Positions 29,401 through 38,739 of a stretch of 64,000 bases of DNA are shown in pieces. The position numbers and the translations under genes are program-made. The first letter of the stretch is position 1; each line of letters begins with the position of its first letter. The stretch comes from a virus, in the IMG/VR virus record IMGVR_UViG_3300014838_000017, positions 1-64,000 of that record; one strand, given 5' to 3'. The notes beneath the pieces are model-generated. The model worked only from the letters and a program-made list of their open reading frames with translations. It was not told the DNA's origin and did no database searches.

Positions 29401-29830
29401 GGAACGTGATACTCTCTATGAGGGCATGGTTAATCCAATCGCAGCGTTTCCGGGTCAAGGTATAGTTGTTTGGGGTCAGAAGACCTTGCAAGTTGCGGAC
29501 ACTGCTCTTAACCGCATCAATGTTCGTCGCTTGCTCATCGAAGTTAAGAAATTCTTTGCTTCGACTGCTCGATTCTTGGTGTTCGAACAAAATACGGCTC
29601 AGACCCGTAACAAGTTCTTGGCAATCGTTAATCCATATTTGGAGAGCGTGCAACAACGCAGTGGTTTGTATGCCTTCCAAGTTGTGATGGATGATAGCAA
29701 TAACACGCCAGATGTGATAGATCAAAATATTCTTTATGGTCAAATATATCTCCAACCAGTTAAATCTGCCGAGTTTGTAATCTTAGATTTCAATATACTC
29801 CCGACCGGGGCATCTTTTCCTAATGCTTAA
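26441..29830 (+). CDS. Contractile tail sheath protein (T4 gp18-like)
   Basis: SPGVFTREID.S, YAGTYYPWI, WWAAAGLNRG, RD.LYE..VNPI, VWGQKTLQ, ALNRINVRRLL, VFEQN...TR, GQIYLQPVKSAEFV.LDF. Confidence 0.95.
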   Translation: MPIVQGGYFSPDNNIVSPGVFTREIDQSQVAQGVAQIGGVVVAPFAQGPGFTPTVCNSVAQLQSQFGIPDGTLYGPYTATQYLQEKGFVTVCRVGAITGYWQRYPWFIWAEEGVWTRANDGGWTNPLASTISFAGAYYSGSFTTPYSVATTVSYSANITQSVLTITSGLFMSSLLSSSISYGVISASKQQVTQSLYYAGSSITGAIIFPNSVASITLQAGAATGVDSFAPNITNSYSVPNSGSSLYNGDSITGYVTGYFPITSSINLNVSVSFNSASIVTELLGEQKVVGNIQLQYVYEGSSSNFNVTTDPFENAGFSNLSTTQISQSLDFCNNPTINFLALLEGGIGNYNGQFSPGSNVTYDQCTKTWVGSGSAYKVLAVLANTEFAGLGTNLQESGFYNSAMSYSPSISGSNFINHQFNLQLSNSLGGGYGTYNFSLSPNDPQYITNVFGNTAQAGNPLTYAQGTKIEAAYIYSIFQDDITVVTSNPVNWKVHGTVMPSGSWIDEALNFTDQYSLDPASGDSQYSLTNATTPWVVSQQISPWNGGLPHRFELFQFATLSDGTYTNQQFKIEISNIKLAGTVAGSDWGTFDVIVRSYSDTDKKPITLETFKGCTLDPTSTQFIGRAIGDRYNYIRYDGKIVEFGTYSNNSTNIRVIVATNPYPLTAVPYGFEAYTTPVAGEMGQWCNPVAYSRASLYSENPGKYPSGIDFQGPPAGADAELTALYPTSSAGVGHWQDNEQYFTPVPVGATVGSNLTFALDAYDGLNGVGTGSLLNPNLGGNVPSIYDAANEPTYIKMRSFVFGFQGGFDGQDPAIELNIGESITAGNTQGLNCATSTTAGSIAYAQCIGALGNADEFDINLIVTPGIIYSLHPYVTNLVVEMCETRGDCFYILDLYLDTGNPGEGQIDQVVSLASEFDTNYAGTYYPWIKILDTNTNDIVIVPPSVVIPAVYASNDRVAAEWWAAAGLNRGGIPQATQVTDRTTHLERDTLYEGMVNPIAAFPGQGIVVWGQKTLQVADTALNRINVRRLLIEVKKFFASTARFLVFEQNTAQTRNKFLAIVNPYLESVQQRSGLYAFQVVMDDSNNTPDVIDQNILYGQIYLQPVKSAEFVILDFNILPTGASFPNA

Positions 29831-29852
29831 CATTCAATAACTTACACGTCAT

Positions 29853-29883
29853 AAAAGACCCTCAATTTGAGGGTCTTTTTTTA
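29853..29883 (+). terminator. Rho-independent terminator after the sheath gene
   Basis: aaaagaccctca...tgagggtctttt hairpin followed by a T run. Confidence 0.85.
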
Positions 29884-29947
29884 TGTTATAAAAAATTGAT
29901 TATTATAATGGTCGTATTATACTTATGAGTATATTCCATGAGAATCG

Positions 29948-31486
29948 ATGTATTGTATGACTGAACGAGGCCAAAAAATTAAAGACGCATTTAGGAAAAA
30001 ATATGGGGTGGATCATCCATCTCAACTCCCATCTGTTAAAGAAAAAATTAAACAAAAAAGACTAAATGGAGCATATTCCAACATGATAACAAATATGAAG
30101 AAAACATGTATGGAAAAATATGGCGATGCAAATTATAATAATAACGAAAAAAATAAACAAACCAAACTTGAACGATATGGTGATGCAAATTATAATAATC
30201 GGCCCAAGATGATACATACAAACCAAGCGAAATATGGTATGAATGTATCGGAAAATACTCTTAAAAGTACATTATATAGATTATCGGAAAATAACATTGG
30301 GTTTAATTCGAAAAAATATAAAAGTTTTTTGGATTCTCATGGAGTGACTAATATATCTCAACTTTCGTCGGTCAAAAAAATTATACAGGAAAAGAAAACT
30401 GATCGGGCCGTAAAAAATATTTTTTTTGGAACTAGATTAAAAGGAACGGTTATTCCTTTATTTTCCGAAAAAGATTATATTGGAACCGATTATAACACAT
30501 TATATAAGTTTAAATGTTGTATTTGTAATAATGAATTTGAAGACACATTATATTCTGGTAATATTCCACGGTGTTTGGTATGTTATCCTTATAATAAATT
30601 CAAGTCTAAGATAGAAATTGACATTTCAGAGTTCTTACAATCCAATAATATAAAATGTATATCTCACGATAGAGCCATTCTCAATGGAAATGAAATTGAT
30701 ATATTAATACCAGACAAAAAATTCGGAATTGAAGTGGATGGAATACTTTGGCATAGTGAGTTATTCGGGAAAAAAGACAGATTATATCATTTAGCTAAAA
30801 CAAATGCTTCCAAATTAAAAAACGTAGACCTTATTCATGTGTGGGATTGGGAATGGATAAACAAGGGAGATATAATAAAGAGTATTATCACTAATAGATG
30901 TGGTTCAAACAATAGAATATTTGCTAGAAAATGTGGGGTAGTTGATTTATCCGAGGATGAAAAAAGTAATTTTTTATGTAATAACCATATACAAGGAAAC
31001 GACCGCAGTTCTGTTAGATTGGGCCTATTATATAATTCCGAACTTGTTTCCGTTATGACTTTCTCCAAATCTCGATATGATAAGAAATATGAATGGGAAT
31101 TAACGAGGTTTTGTAATATATTAAATACATCCATCATTGGAGGTGCTAGTAAGTTATTTTCTTATTTTTTAAAAAAATACAACCCTAAATCAATAGTATC
31201 TTATTCCGATAGAAGATTTTTTACAGGAACCGTTTATATTGCATTAGGTATGAAATTGGTTGATACGACAATTCCCGGTTATCATTATTTTCATAAAAAT
31301 AATTGTGTTCCTATAAACCGTCTTCATTTTCAAAAACATAAATTGAAATCAATTCTTAAATCATTTGATTCTAATCTCACGGAATGGCAGAATATGCAAT
31401 TGAATGGTTATGATAGAATTTGGGATTGTGGAAATTTAAAATATGAGTGGCAGGCTCCATTAATAAGGCAAAATGTTAGCATATAG
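29948..31486 (+). mobile_element. Hef-like homing endonuclease (paralogue of 10483)
   Basis: KYG repeats, EIDILIP..FGIEVDGILWHS and GYDRIWDCG. Confidence 0.8.
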
Positions 31487-31513
31487 AGGTCGTCATCGTA
31501 TATTTATACGTGT

Positions 31514-34048
31514 ATGGATATTGAATATCTTCAAAATGTGATGGGGTCTCCTTATGTTACCGAAGGAGCGTTCGACCGTTTAAAGGCTCGGGGCGCACAA
31601 GCAATGGGTGCTATAGGTGCAACAGCGGGGTATCAAATCAAAAATCCCGCTGAGACGAAGATACAATCATTGTGGTGGGGATTTATCTCATCTCTAAACA
31701 GAGTAATGATGGATTGGAAAAATCAAGTGTCTCCTATGTTTGGCTCTGATGTTAAAATTCCGGTGGAAGTTCGCCGAATCAAGAAAGCATTAGATTCTAT
31801 TGCTCAAACACTCACTCCAAATCCATATATAAATAAACCTGTAAACCAAAACCTTAAGACTCTTACGAAAGAAGGATTGTGGGATGCCGCCAAGCGTGAT
31901 ATGGGATTGAATAAGGCACTTGCTTCGAATAATCCAACATCCATTTTGAATTCATATAAGAATTACGTTCTATCTTTATTTCAGAATTTCATGAAGGATG
32001 CTATGAAGTCTACGAAGCTACCTCCGAAGGAAATATATTCTATTTTGGCTAAGATTCAACCGAAAGAAAATGGATGGCAAGCCACGGGGAACATGCAAAA
32101 AATAGTTCAACAGTTGCAGAAGTTACAAACTCCTACGGTTCCTACGAATGCCCCCGCAGCAAATCTGACTGCTACAATTCCAACACAAAATCCATCGGTA
32201 ACAACAACCCCGACTGTTCCACCTCCATTTCCGACCCAACAGCCATCGACAGCCGTAGCTGGTTCTTCGGCTCCATCGTCAACTCCTCCCGTTGCCCAAC
32301 AACAATCAACATTTCCTCCTCAGACTCAGACACCTTATGGTCAAGGATTACCGTCATCGGATACCGATAGCATTCCATCACAAGATATGCCATATGTTAT
32401 AATAGCGGCATTAAGAATTATTATTGATGCTGCAAAATCTGATGAAGACCATGCACTTGGATTGTTTGGAACTACCGATCCTAAGACTAAGGTAAAATCG
32501 GGATACCCACCATTGGCAACTAATTGGGACAGTGGACCAAGCGTCACGGCATCATTGCAAGAAATTGACGTTGGTCCTAAACCAAAATCGGGTGGAATCA
32601 AACCTGATGATGATCTAAATCCAGACAAAGAGGCTGATAAAAAAGCTAAAGAAGAAATAATATACAAGGAATATCCTGGCGAATTTCTATACAATTTTCA
32701 TAGCCGATACAGCAAGCATCCTGGCACTCCATTTACGATACGAGTAACTCCCATAAATATATCATCGGAGATAAAGAATATCCCCGGTGCATCGGTTGAA
32801 GTGTGGTGGCATAACGATGGTGGAACAAACCAAATTTATGTTTCGGAAGTAAAGGATGGTAAGAAGACCAGACCTACATTGATAATCGAATTTGATGACC
32901 ATGAAATAAACCCAAAATCTGGGGCTTCAACCCCCGGAAATATTAACTTTTTCTCAATTGAGAAAGTAGTTCAAAACAGCAATCCATATTCTAATAGTAA
33001 ATTAAGTTCTGCTCCCGCAGATGTTAAGTCTGAAATCAAAGGACTTGAAGACGATGTTCTTCGTGCTCTCCTTGCTACCGTCCAACGAAAAAACATGGAA
33101 TTCGTATCCCGGGGATGGCAGGAAAAGAAGGCAGCAGATAAGGCTAACCAACAAGTAAAAGCAGAACAATCAACGTCTGCAATTGGAGATGATGGAAGCC
33201 TTACTTATACGGATGATGTATCTAAACAACAGGTGTCGGTGAGCATGGACCAAATAAAACAGATACTTAAAGGTCCATTGGAACCTGCTAGTCTCATGAG
33301 AAAACGACTTGAGACTTTTGGGTATTTCGAACAATTTCCAGACTCGATGCCTCCCCCAGCAAATGCCACCAATGTATGGAAAGATGCCAATGCTGCATTG
33401 ACTACACTTGGATTCACTAAAAATAAGGCTAATACGTTATTGGCACAGGCGTGGATGTATATTAAAGATAACAACCCCACTGCAAGCGTGTGGGAGGATG
33501 ACGCAAACATTACTCCCGAGTTCTTTGTAAGCAAAGCCCTTAAGAAAAAGCCTATGGATGCCACAAACAAACCCTCCGACCAAGCTAATGGTGTTTCTAC
33601 ATCTGCGGCACAAACCCCCAACGTGACAGCCCCAGTATCAACACCCGTCTCTAAACCCGTCTCCAAGCCCGCAGGAGAGGCTCCAGTCGAGAATCCCGTG
33701 TCAGCACCCGTTTCAGGTGGTGCATCGGCTCCTGTGACCACGCAAGCGACCAAGCCCGTGTCAAATAAACCAACTGACCCCGGAAATAATATCGGGAAAA
33801 TTGAATTAAATGGAAATGAATTGACTTGGGAGCATCCTAAAACTCATGAAGTCCATACAATAAGTGCAGATCAACTTGAAAAGTTTGCTAAAAAACAACC
33901 GAAGTTTGTGCAAGCATTGAAGTCTCATCCCGAGTTGTATGATAAATTTAAGGCATTGAATCAAAAGAAGTCCGAAGGTGGAGAACAACAGAAAGTTCAG
34001 GAAAGGATTGAATACATCAACCCATTCAGTCCAGAAAATTTCCTGTAA
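31514..34048 (+). CDS. Large hypothetical protein, probable internal head protein
   Basis: 844 aa with Pro/Thr-rich linkers and VTE/LQE/VQE motifs. TATTTATA at 31501-31508. Confidence 0.65.
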   Translation: MDIEYLQNVMGSPYVTEGAFDRLKARGAQAMGAIGATAGYQIKNPAETKIQSLWWGFISSLNRVMMDWKNQVSPMFGSDVKIPVEVRRIKKALDSIAQTLTPNPYINKPVNQNLKTLTKEGLWDAAKRDMGLNKALASNNPTSILNSYKNYVLSLFQNFMKDAMKSTKLPPKEIYSILAKIQPKENGWQATGNMQKIVQQLQKLQTPTVPTNAPAANLTATIPTQNPSVTTTPTVPPPFPTQQPSTAVAGSSAPSSTPPVAQQQSTFPPQTQTPYGQGLPSSDTDSIPSQDMPYVIIAALRIIIDAAKSDEDHALGLFGTTDPKTKVKSGYPPLATNWDSGPSVTASLQEIDVGPKPKSGGIKPDDDLNPDKEADKKAKEEIIYKEYPGEFLYNFHSRYSKHPGTPFTIRVTPINISSEIKNIPGASVEVWWHNDGGTNQIYVSEVKDGKKTRPTLIIEFDDHEINPKSGASTPGNINFFSIEKVVQNSNPYSNSKLSSAPADVKSEIKGLEDDVLRALLATVQRKNMEFVSRGWQEKKAADKANQQVKAEQSTSAIGDDGSLTYTDDVSKQQVSVSMDQIKQILKGPLEPASLMRKRLETFGYFEQFPDSMPPPANATNVWKDANAALTTLGFTKNKANTLLAQAWMYIKDNNPTASVWEDDANITPEFFVSKALKKKPMDATNKPSDQANGVSTSAAQTPNVTAPVSTPVSKPVSKPAGEAPVENPVSAPVSGGASAPVTTQATKPVSNKPTDPGNNIGKIELNGNELTWEHPKTHEVHTISADQLEKFAKKQPKFVQALKSHPELYDKFKALNQKKSEGGEQQKVQERIEYINPFSPENFL

Positions 34049-34139
34049 TTAGTACTATTATTTATTACTTTCTATTATCTTTATTCTTCTTATTCTTTTC
34101 TTTATATTAATAATATAATAAATTATTATTTCATAGTAC

Positions 34140-34167
34140 ATTATAACAGGAAAAAATTGCCTGTCAA
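34140..34167 (-). promoter_or_regulatory. Consensus sigma70 promoter with extended -10 and no downstream ORF
   Basis: Minus strand reads TTGACA-N16-TATAAT with TG one base upstream of the -10. Confidence 0.7.
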
Positions 34168-34279
34168 TTTATTTTAATGAAGAATCTGGACTACATTTTA
34201 TATCTCGATATGGACGGTTTCGGGTTATGGTTAAAATCAGAAGATAAAATGAAATTTTTACAAGAGGTAATTTCTTAAT

Positions 34280-34864
34280 ATGAAAAATTCCGAGTACGCA
34301 CTTTTTTTAGACCTGGATGGCGTGCTTGTGGATTATAGCTCTGGATGGTGGGCTGTGGCCAAACAGTTAGGTATTAGTGACACAAAGAAAAAAGAGGATG
34401 CCAACCGAGTTGCCCGTCAAACTAAGAATCCTTCCTTCTGGGCAAGCCTTGGCTGGGAGTATGGTGGTGAGGCGTTATGGAAAGCATCCAATGAATTGTT
34501 CGAGAATGTCCACATTCTTACATCAACGGCAGCTAGGAATGACAATGATTATCATAAGATTGTAGCATCAGGAAAAATGGAATGGATTTCCGAGAATTTG
34601 TCAGGAATTAGTCCATCAAATGTTCACGTTGTGAATGAAGGACTTCGTAAGGCTGAATTTGCATCAAAAAACTCTATTCTAGTAGATGATCGCCGAAGCA
34701 CAATCGAAGCATTCAATAAAGCTGGTGGATATGGAATTATCCATAGTGCGAAGCATTTCAAGAAAACGATTTATGATTTGGCAGAGATTGCCGAACCTGT
34801 AAACCTTGGCGAGATAGCAAAACGATTGCCTATAGTGACTCGTCAGTTCTGGAACGGAAAGTAA
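34280..34864 (+). CDS. HAD-family 5'(3')-deoxyribonucleotidase-like protein
   Basis: FLDLDGVLVDY, ILTS, GK.EW, K..FA....ILVDDR and GG.GI.H motifs. Confidence 0.85.
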   Translation: MKNSEYALFLDLDGVLVDYSSGWWAVAKQLGISDTKKKEDANRVARQTKNPSFWASLGWEYGGEALWKASNELFENVHILTSTAARNDNDYHKIVASGKMEWISENLSGISPSNVHVVNEGLRKAEFASKNSILVDDRRSTIEAFNKAGGYGIIHSAKHFKKTIYDLAEIAEPVNLGEIAKRLPIVTRQFWNGK

Positions 34865-34871
34865 TATTTAT

Positions 34872-35072
34872 ATGGATAAAGACCTTAAAAAAATAATAGA
34901 CCTAACACTGGATGAGATGTTTGATGACTCGGTGAAACGTGAATGGAGAACTTCTACGGAAGTGTATGAGGATATTTGTCCTCATTGCCGAAGAATAATC
35001 GTGGAACGTCATGATTATACCGACGATGGTGGAAAAACGTGGAAGCATTTGGATTGTGGAGGAGTTATATGA
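34872..35072 (+). CDS. Small Zn-ribbon-like protein
   Basis: CPHC...H.DCGG, with an LKKIIDLTLDE N-terminus. Confidence 0.55.
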   Translation: MDKDLKKIIDLTLDEMFDDSVKREWRTSTEVYEDICPHCRRIIVERHDYTDDGGKTWKHLDCGGVI

Positions 35073-35482
35073 AAGAACTCACTTATTTTATAGCTCCGTT
35101 TATAACGGAAGCACGGGAGCAACGCCATGATGCACGTAAGGCTTTGGGACTTGAAGTAGTTACCCAAGGATTTGCCCCCGAAGATCAAACGGAGAAGACT
35201 GATCTTCCTCCAAGCGGCGAAGAAAAATATAATAAACAAGAACCCACGGGACCAATGTCGGCGGTCAATCTTGAGGAATCTGAATCAAATCAATCTGAAC
35301 GAGAAGAGCGTCAATCAGTGTCTTCCCGTGATTATGTCAAATTAATGGATGGAGCCGTCAGATTTGTGAATACAACTAGGATTCCAGTTGAAGTTGTTAT
35401 AAGCGAATTTACATCGGTGAATGGTGGATCGGTTGGTAAAGCTTACATCGTTCGCATTAATGATGTTTCCAACGGTGTATAA
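35069..35482 (+). CDS. Hypothetical protein
   Basis: ATGA overlap with the upstream gene and GGAGGAG upstream. Confidence 0.55.
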   Translation: MKELTYFIAPFITEAREQRHDARKALGLEVVTQGFAPEDQTEKTDLPPSGEEKYNKQEPTGPMSAVNLEESESNQSEREERQSVSSRDYVKLMDGAVRFVNTTRIPVEVVISEFTSVNGGSVGKAYIVRINDVSNGV

Positions 35483-35483
35483 T

Positions 35484-37394
35484 ATGTCAAACTTCAGAAT
35501 ATACAATGATGTGTTATGTCCCGATATATGGGATTCAGCACAGCATCTTAGACCAAAGATTCGGGCAAATCTTTTACAAATAGCGTATGACTTTTATGAA
35601 AAAACGGACCTTCCCTCTCCGATTATTGATGTCTATCTTATAGGGTCCAGTGCGAATTATAATTGGACTCCCGACAGTGACGTTGATGTTCATGTTATCA
35701 TTGATTACTCAAAATTACAGATTCCCCCCGATCCTGCGTTTGAAGTCGTCAAGACAGCGGGAGCACAGTGGAACTCCGAACATAATATTTTTATAAAAGG
35801 ACACGAGGTTGAGATGAATATTCAGAACTCTGCGGAACAGAAGCCTCATGTAACGGGTATTTACTCTTTAATTAAGGATCAATGGATTCGAACACCAGTT
35901 AAGACACCATTTCAGTTGGATAAACAAGTTCTCAAAGTTCAGTATGAAGCAATGAAAAATTATGTTGCGACCACCATAGCAAGTGGTGATCGTGAAAAAA
36001 TGAAGTCGGCTAAAAAGTATTTGGATACATACCGTCAATATGGACTTGATACTTATGGGGAACTAAGTTATGAAAACATAATTTACAAGATGCTCCGTGC
36101 TCGTGGACATATCAAGCAACTAAAAGATTCCATCATACAAGTATATGACGCCGAATTTACCGTGGATGAAGTTGGAGAACGTGATATTAAACAAATTCAC
36201 CCCTATCTAAGTGCTTCGGACCATGAGACGGTTGGCAATCCAAAATTTGATCGTAGTTATTGGGATAAGAATAATAGGTCTACGGGAAATTTCGACATTA
36301 GTCGTCTTACTTTGGATGAATTAAAGGCTTTACGAGAAAAGGCTCGTAGAATGTATTTATCGGCATCCAACAATGAGAATCAATGGCGTCAAGAATATAG
36401 GGATGATTTCAAATTATACAGTGATGAAATAAAGCGAAGGTTAGGATACATAAATTCTCCGATCACTGAATCTCCAATGATGTCGAATGACGGTTCTCAC
36501 GCTATGGCGGGTGATAAGCCTCTTAAGCAGTCAAAGGTCGAAGATGTTTATGGAAACATCGTAGTTATTCGTCAACCATCCAATGGAGGATTTTTTCCAG
36601 AAGGATATACGTTGGTATATTTCATGGATTCTGATGAAGCTGCCGAATCTATGTCTAAAGGTGATATTCCATATCTAATGGTTCCTCGTGGAACTTTTAT
36701 GGGTGGGGGGAGTCCAATTACTGATATTTGGAAGAAGAAGTTCCAAAAGCCAGGAACAGAACATATTCTTGGTGTCATTGAGGGAAGCAGTTTGGAAAAT
36801 ACTATTTTCATTGATATGATTACTGTGCGTCCGGGATGGAAGCGCAACCATATTGCAAAGTTGATGATTGACCGATTGAAGAAATCCTTTCCGAAAGCCA
36901 AGCTTACAACATCAACTCAGACGTTCAATGGTGAGAAGTTCTTTGATAAATATGGAACCGACAATCCTAAAAAGGTCAAAGAAGGAGTTGGGTCAGGAAT
37001 TCCCGAGGATGATCGTTTGAAAATTGACAATACAGATGGGTCTGTTCGTCGTTGGCAAGTTCGAAGTAAAGATGCTCCTAAGACTCCAAAATTTACGGGT
37101 GAAGAAGTCATTGCAGTTCCAAAATTTGATAACCCACAAGAGGTTAATGAGGATATGGACCCGTCTGCCCCATCTATTCCACCATTTCCTCCGACCGATC
37201 AAATTGATCCTTCCTATCACGCTCGTCCTGATCTTTTTCCACAGACGGTTGCTGACGTAATACCTCCCGACATTAAGAAATTACTGTCGGTTGCCGAGCG
37301 AGTATTGGATAATAAGTCTATTACTCGTCCTTTCTTCGAGGAAGATTATGTCGAGGATTTGCTTGGAGACATTCTAGCATCTGAGTATCCATAA
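35484..37394 (+). CDS. Multi-domain protein: Pol-beta-type nucleotidyltransferase + GNAT + unknown domains
   Basis: IDVYLIGSSANYNW..DSDVDVHV (GS...DxD) and GNAT-like IFIDMITVRPGWKRNHIAKLMI. Confidence 0.7.
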   Translation: MSNFRIYNDVLCPDIWDSAQHLRPKIRANLLQIAYDFYEKTDLPSPIIDVYLIGSSANYNWTPDSDVDVHVIIDYSKLQIPPDPAFEVVKTAGAQWNSEHNIFIKGHEVEMNIQNSAEQKPHVTGIYSLIKDQWIRTPVKTPFQLDKQVLKVQYEAMKNYVATTIASGDREKMKSAKKYLDTYRQYGLDTYGELSYENIIYKMLRARGHIKQLKDSIIQVYDAEFTVDEVGERDIKQIHPYLSASDHETVGNPKFDRSYWDKNNRSTGNFDISRLTLDELKALREKARRMYLSASNNENQWRQEYRDDFKLYSDEIKRRLGYINSPITESPMMSNDGSHAMAGDKPLKQSKVEDVYGNIVVIRQPSNGGFFPEGYTLVYFMDSDEAAESMSKGDIPYLMVPRGTFMGGGSPITDIWKKKFQKPGTEHILGVIEGSSLENTIFIDMITVRPGWKRNHIAKLMIDRLKKSFPKAKLTTSTQTFNGEKFFDKYGTDNPKKVKEGVGSGIPEDDRLKIDNTDGSVRRWQVRSKDAPKTPKFTGEEVIAVPKFDNPQEVNEDMDPSAPSIPPFPPTDQIDPSYHARPDLFPQTVADVIPPDIKKLLSVAERVLDNKSITRPFFEEDYVEDLLGDILASEYP

Positions 37395-37489
37395 TTGGAA
37401 TCACATAAAGTTTCATACATTGTTCAAGAATTACTTCTATGGCTTGCGAGAGATTATGATATTCGATATAAAGGAAAGCGAGTAGGATA

Positions 37490-37927
37490 ATGATTAAGTT
37501 AAAGTCATTATTGCGTGAGGAATTGGAGCAGCTTTCAAGTATTTCTAAAATTGATAATACTGTAAAACAACAGTTAGCACAAGCTGCCCAAATCGTATAT
37601 GACCAATGGTCTCAAGATACGGACGGTAATGACGAAGAACTTGGTGCCGGTGGTATCTGTGATGAGATCGCTAACATGTTGATATATGTTCTGAATAGTC
37701 ATGGAATTTTCGATATTCAAACGCAATACAATGAGCCACACACCTATGTCATTGGGAAGTTTAAGGAAGGTATTTTCACCATAGACATACCTTATTCTGT
37801 GTATGAGAGTGGATACCGTTATACTTGGAAAAAGAAGCCTGATGTAAAGTTTGAGGCAACCCATATTGAGATTTATCAATTAACCCCTGATAATGGAAAT
37901 TGGGAGAAATATACGGAGTATGACTAA
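37490..37927 (+). CDS. Possible papain/transglutaminase-fold (Cys-His-Asp) protein
   Basis: GGICDEIA, HTYV and IDIPY motifs, with an MIKLKSLLRE N-terminus. Confidence 0.5.
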   Translation: MIKLKSLLREELEQLSSISKIDNTVKQQLAQAAQIVYDQWSQDTDGNDEELGAGGICDEIANMLIYVLNSHGIFDIQTQYNEPHTYVIGKFKEGIFTIDIPYSVYESGYRYTWKKKPDVKFEATHIEIYQLTPDNGNWEKYTEYD

Positions 37928-37977
37928 ATAATAGAAAATATTCAGTCGTTTTATATTCAGTCTCTATATTTATTAAT

Positions 37978-38127
37978 ATGGGAAGAAAATCACTATATAG
38001 GACTGAATATGAATTACGAGAACAAAAACGACTTCGCAACCAACGTTACTATCAACTCCACCAAGATAGAATCAAACATCGTCAAATGCAAAGATATAAA
38101 AGGAAAACATTGGTGGACAGCAGGTAA
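37978..38127 (+). CDS. 49-aa basic 'MGRK' micro-protein
   Basis: MGRKSLYRTEYELREQKRLRNQRYYQLHQDRIKHRQMQRYKRKTLVDSR*. TATTTATT at 37967-37974. Confidence 0.65.
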   Translation: MGRKSLYRTEYELREQKRLRNQRYYQLHQDRIKHRQMQRYKRKTLVDSR

Positions 38128-38671
38128 TTTTATTGATTTGTGTGGCAAGAAATATCATAAACTAACAGTAATTAAGAGGTTGCCAAACGATAAACACGAA
38201 CAATCCGTATGGTTATGTAAATGTGATTGTGGGACGGTAAAACCCGTTAGCGGTGCAAATTTACGAAATGGCCACAGCAAATCATGTGGGTGTGGTAAGA
38301 AGGAAGTAACTACAAAACGAAATTTGAAACCACCATATTATTGGATATATTCCATGTTATGTAGAACTGCTAAATATAGGAAGATGGAATGTAACGTAAA
38401 ATATGAGGATATTCTCGAGTTTGTTAAAATAAACAAATGTCATTATTGTAACGAACCCGTGGAGTGGAAACAACATGGTATAAGTGAAAATCTTCACAGT
38501 TATCAATTGGACCGTATAGATAATTCTATCGGATATACAAAAGATAATTGTGTGGTGTGCTGTAAAGTATGCAATCGTGTTAAGAGCAATTATTTTACTT
38601 ATCGTGAAATGTTGAAGTTAGGAAATATAATAAAAGATATAAACGAAAGTCGAGCATATGATAACTCTTAA
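38009..38671 (+). mobile_element. HNH-type homing endonuclease
   Basis: DL.GKKY.KLTV...WLCKCDCG...L.NG.SKSCGC and CHYC...LDRIDNSIGY.KDNCVVCC..CN..K. Confidence 0.8.
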
Positions 38672-38739
38672 ATTACGTATGTGAAATTTAAGAACGCCGG
38701 TAGACAAGAGGTTGAAGATGTAGACGTGGAACCTATAAA

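Noticed and set aside
29051-29755. Long antisense or alternative-frame ORFs (e.g. 29051-29755, 33205-33753, 53597-54196, 58392-59063)
   Set aside because: They are shadows of well-supported genes and have no motifs or expression signals of their own.
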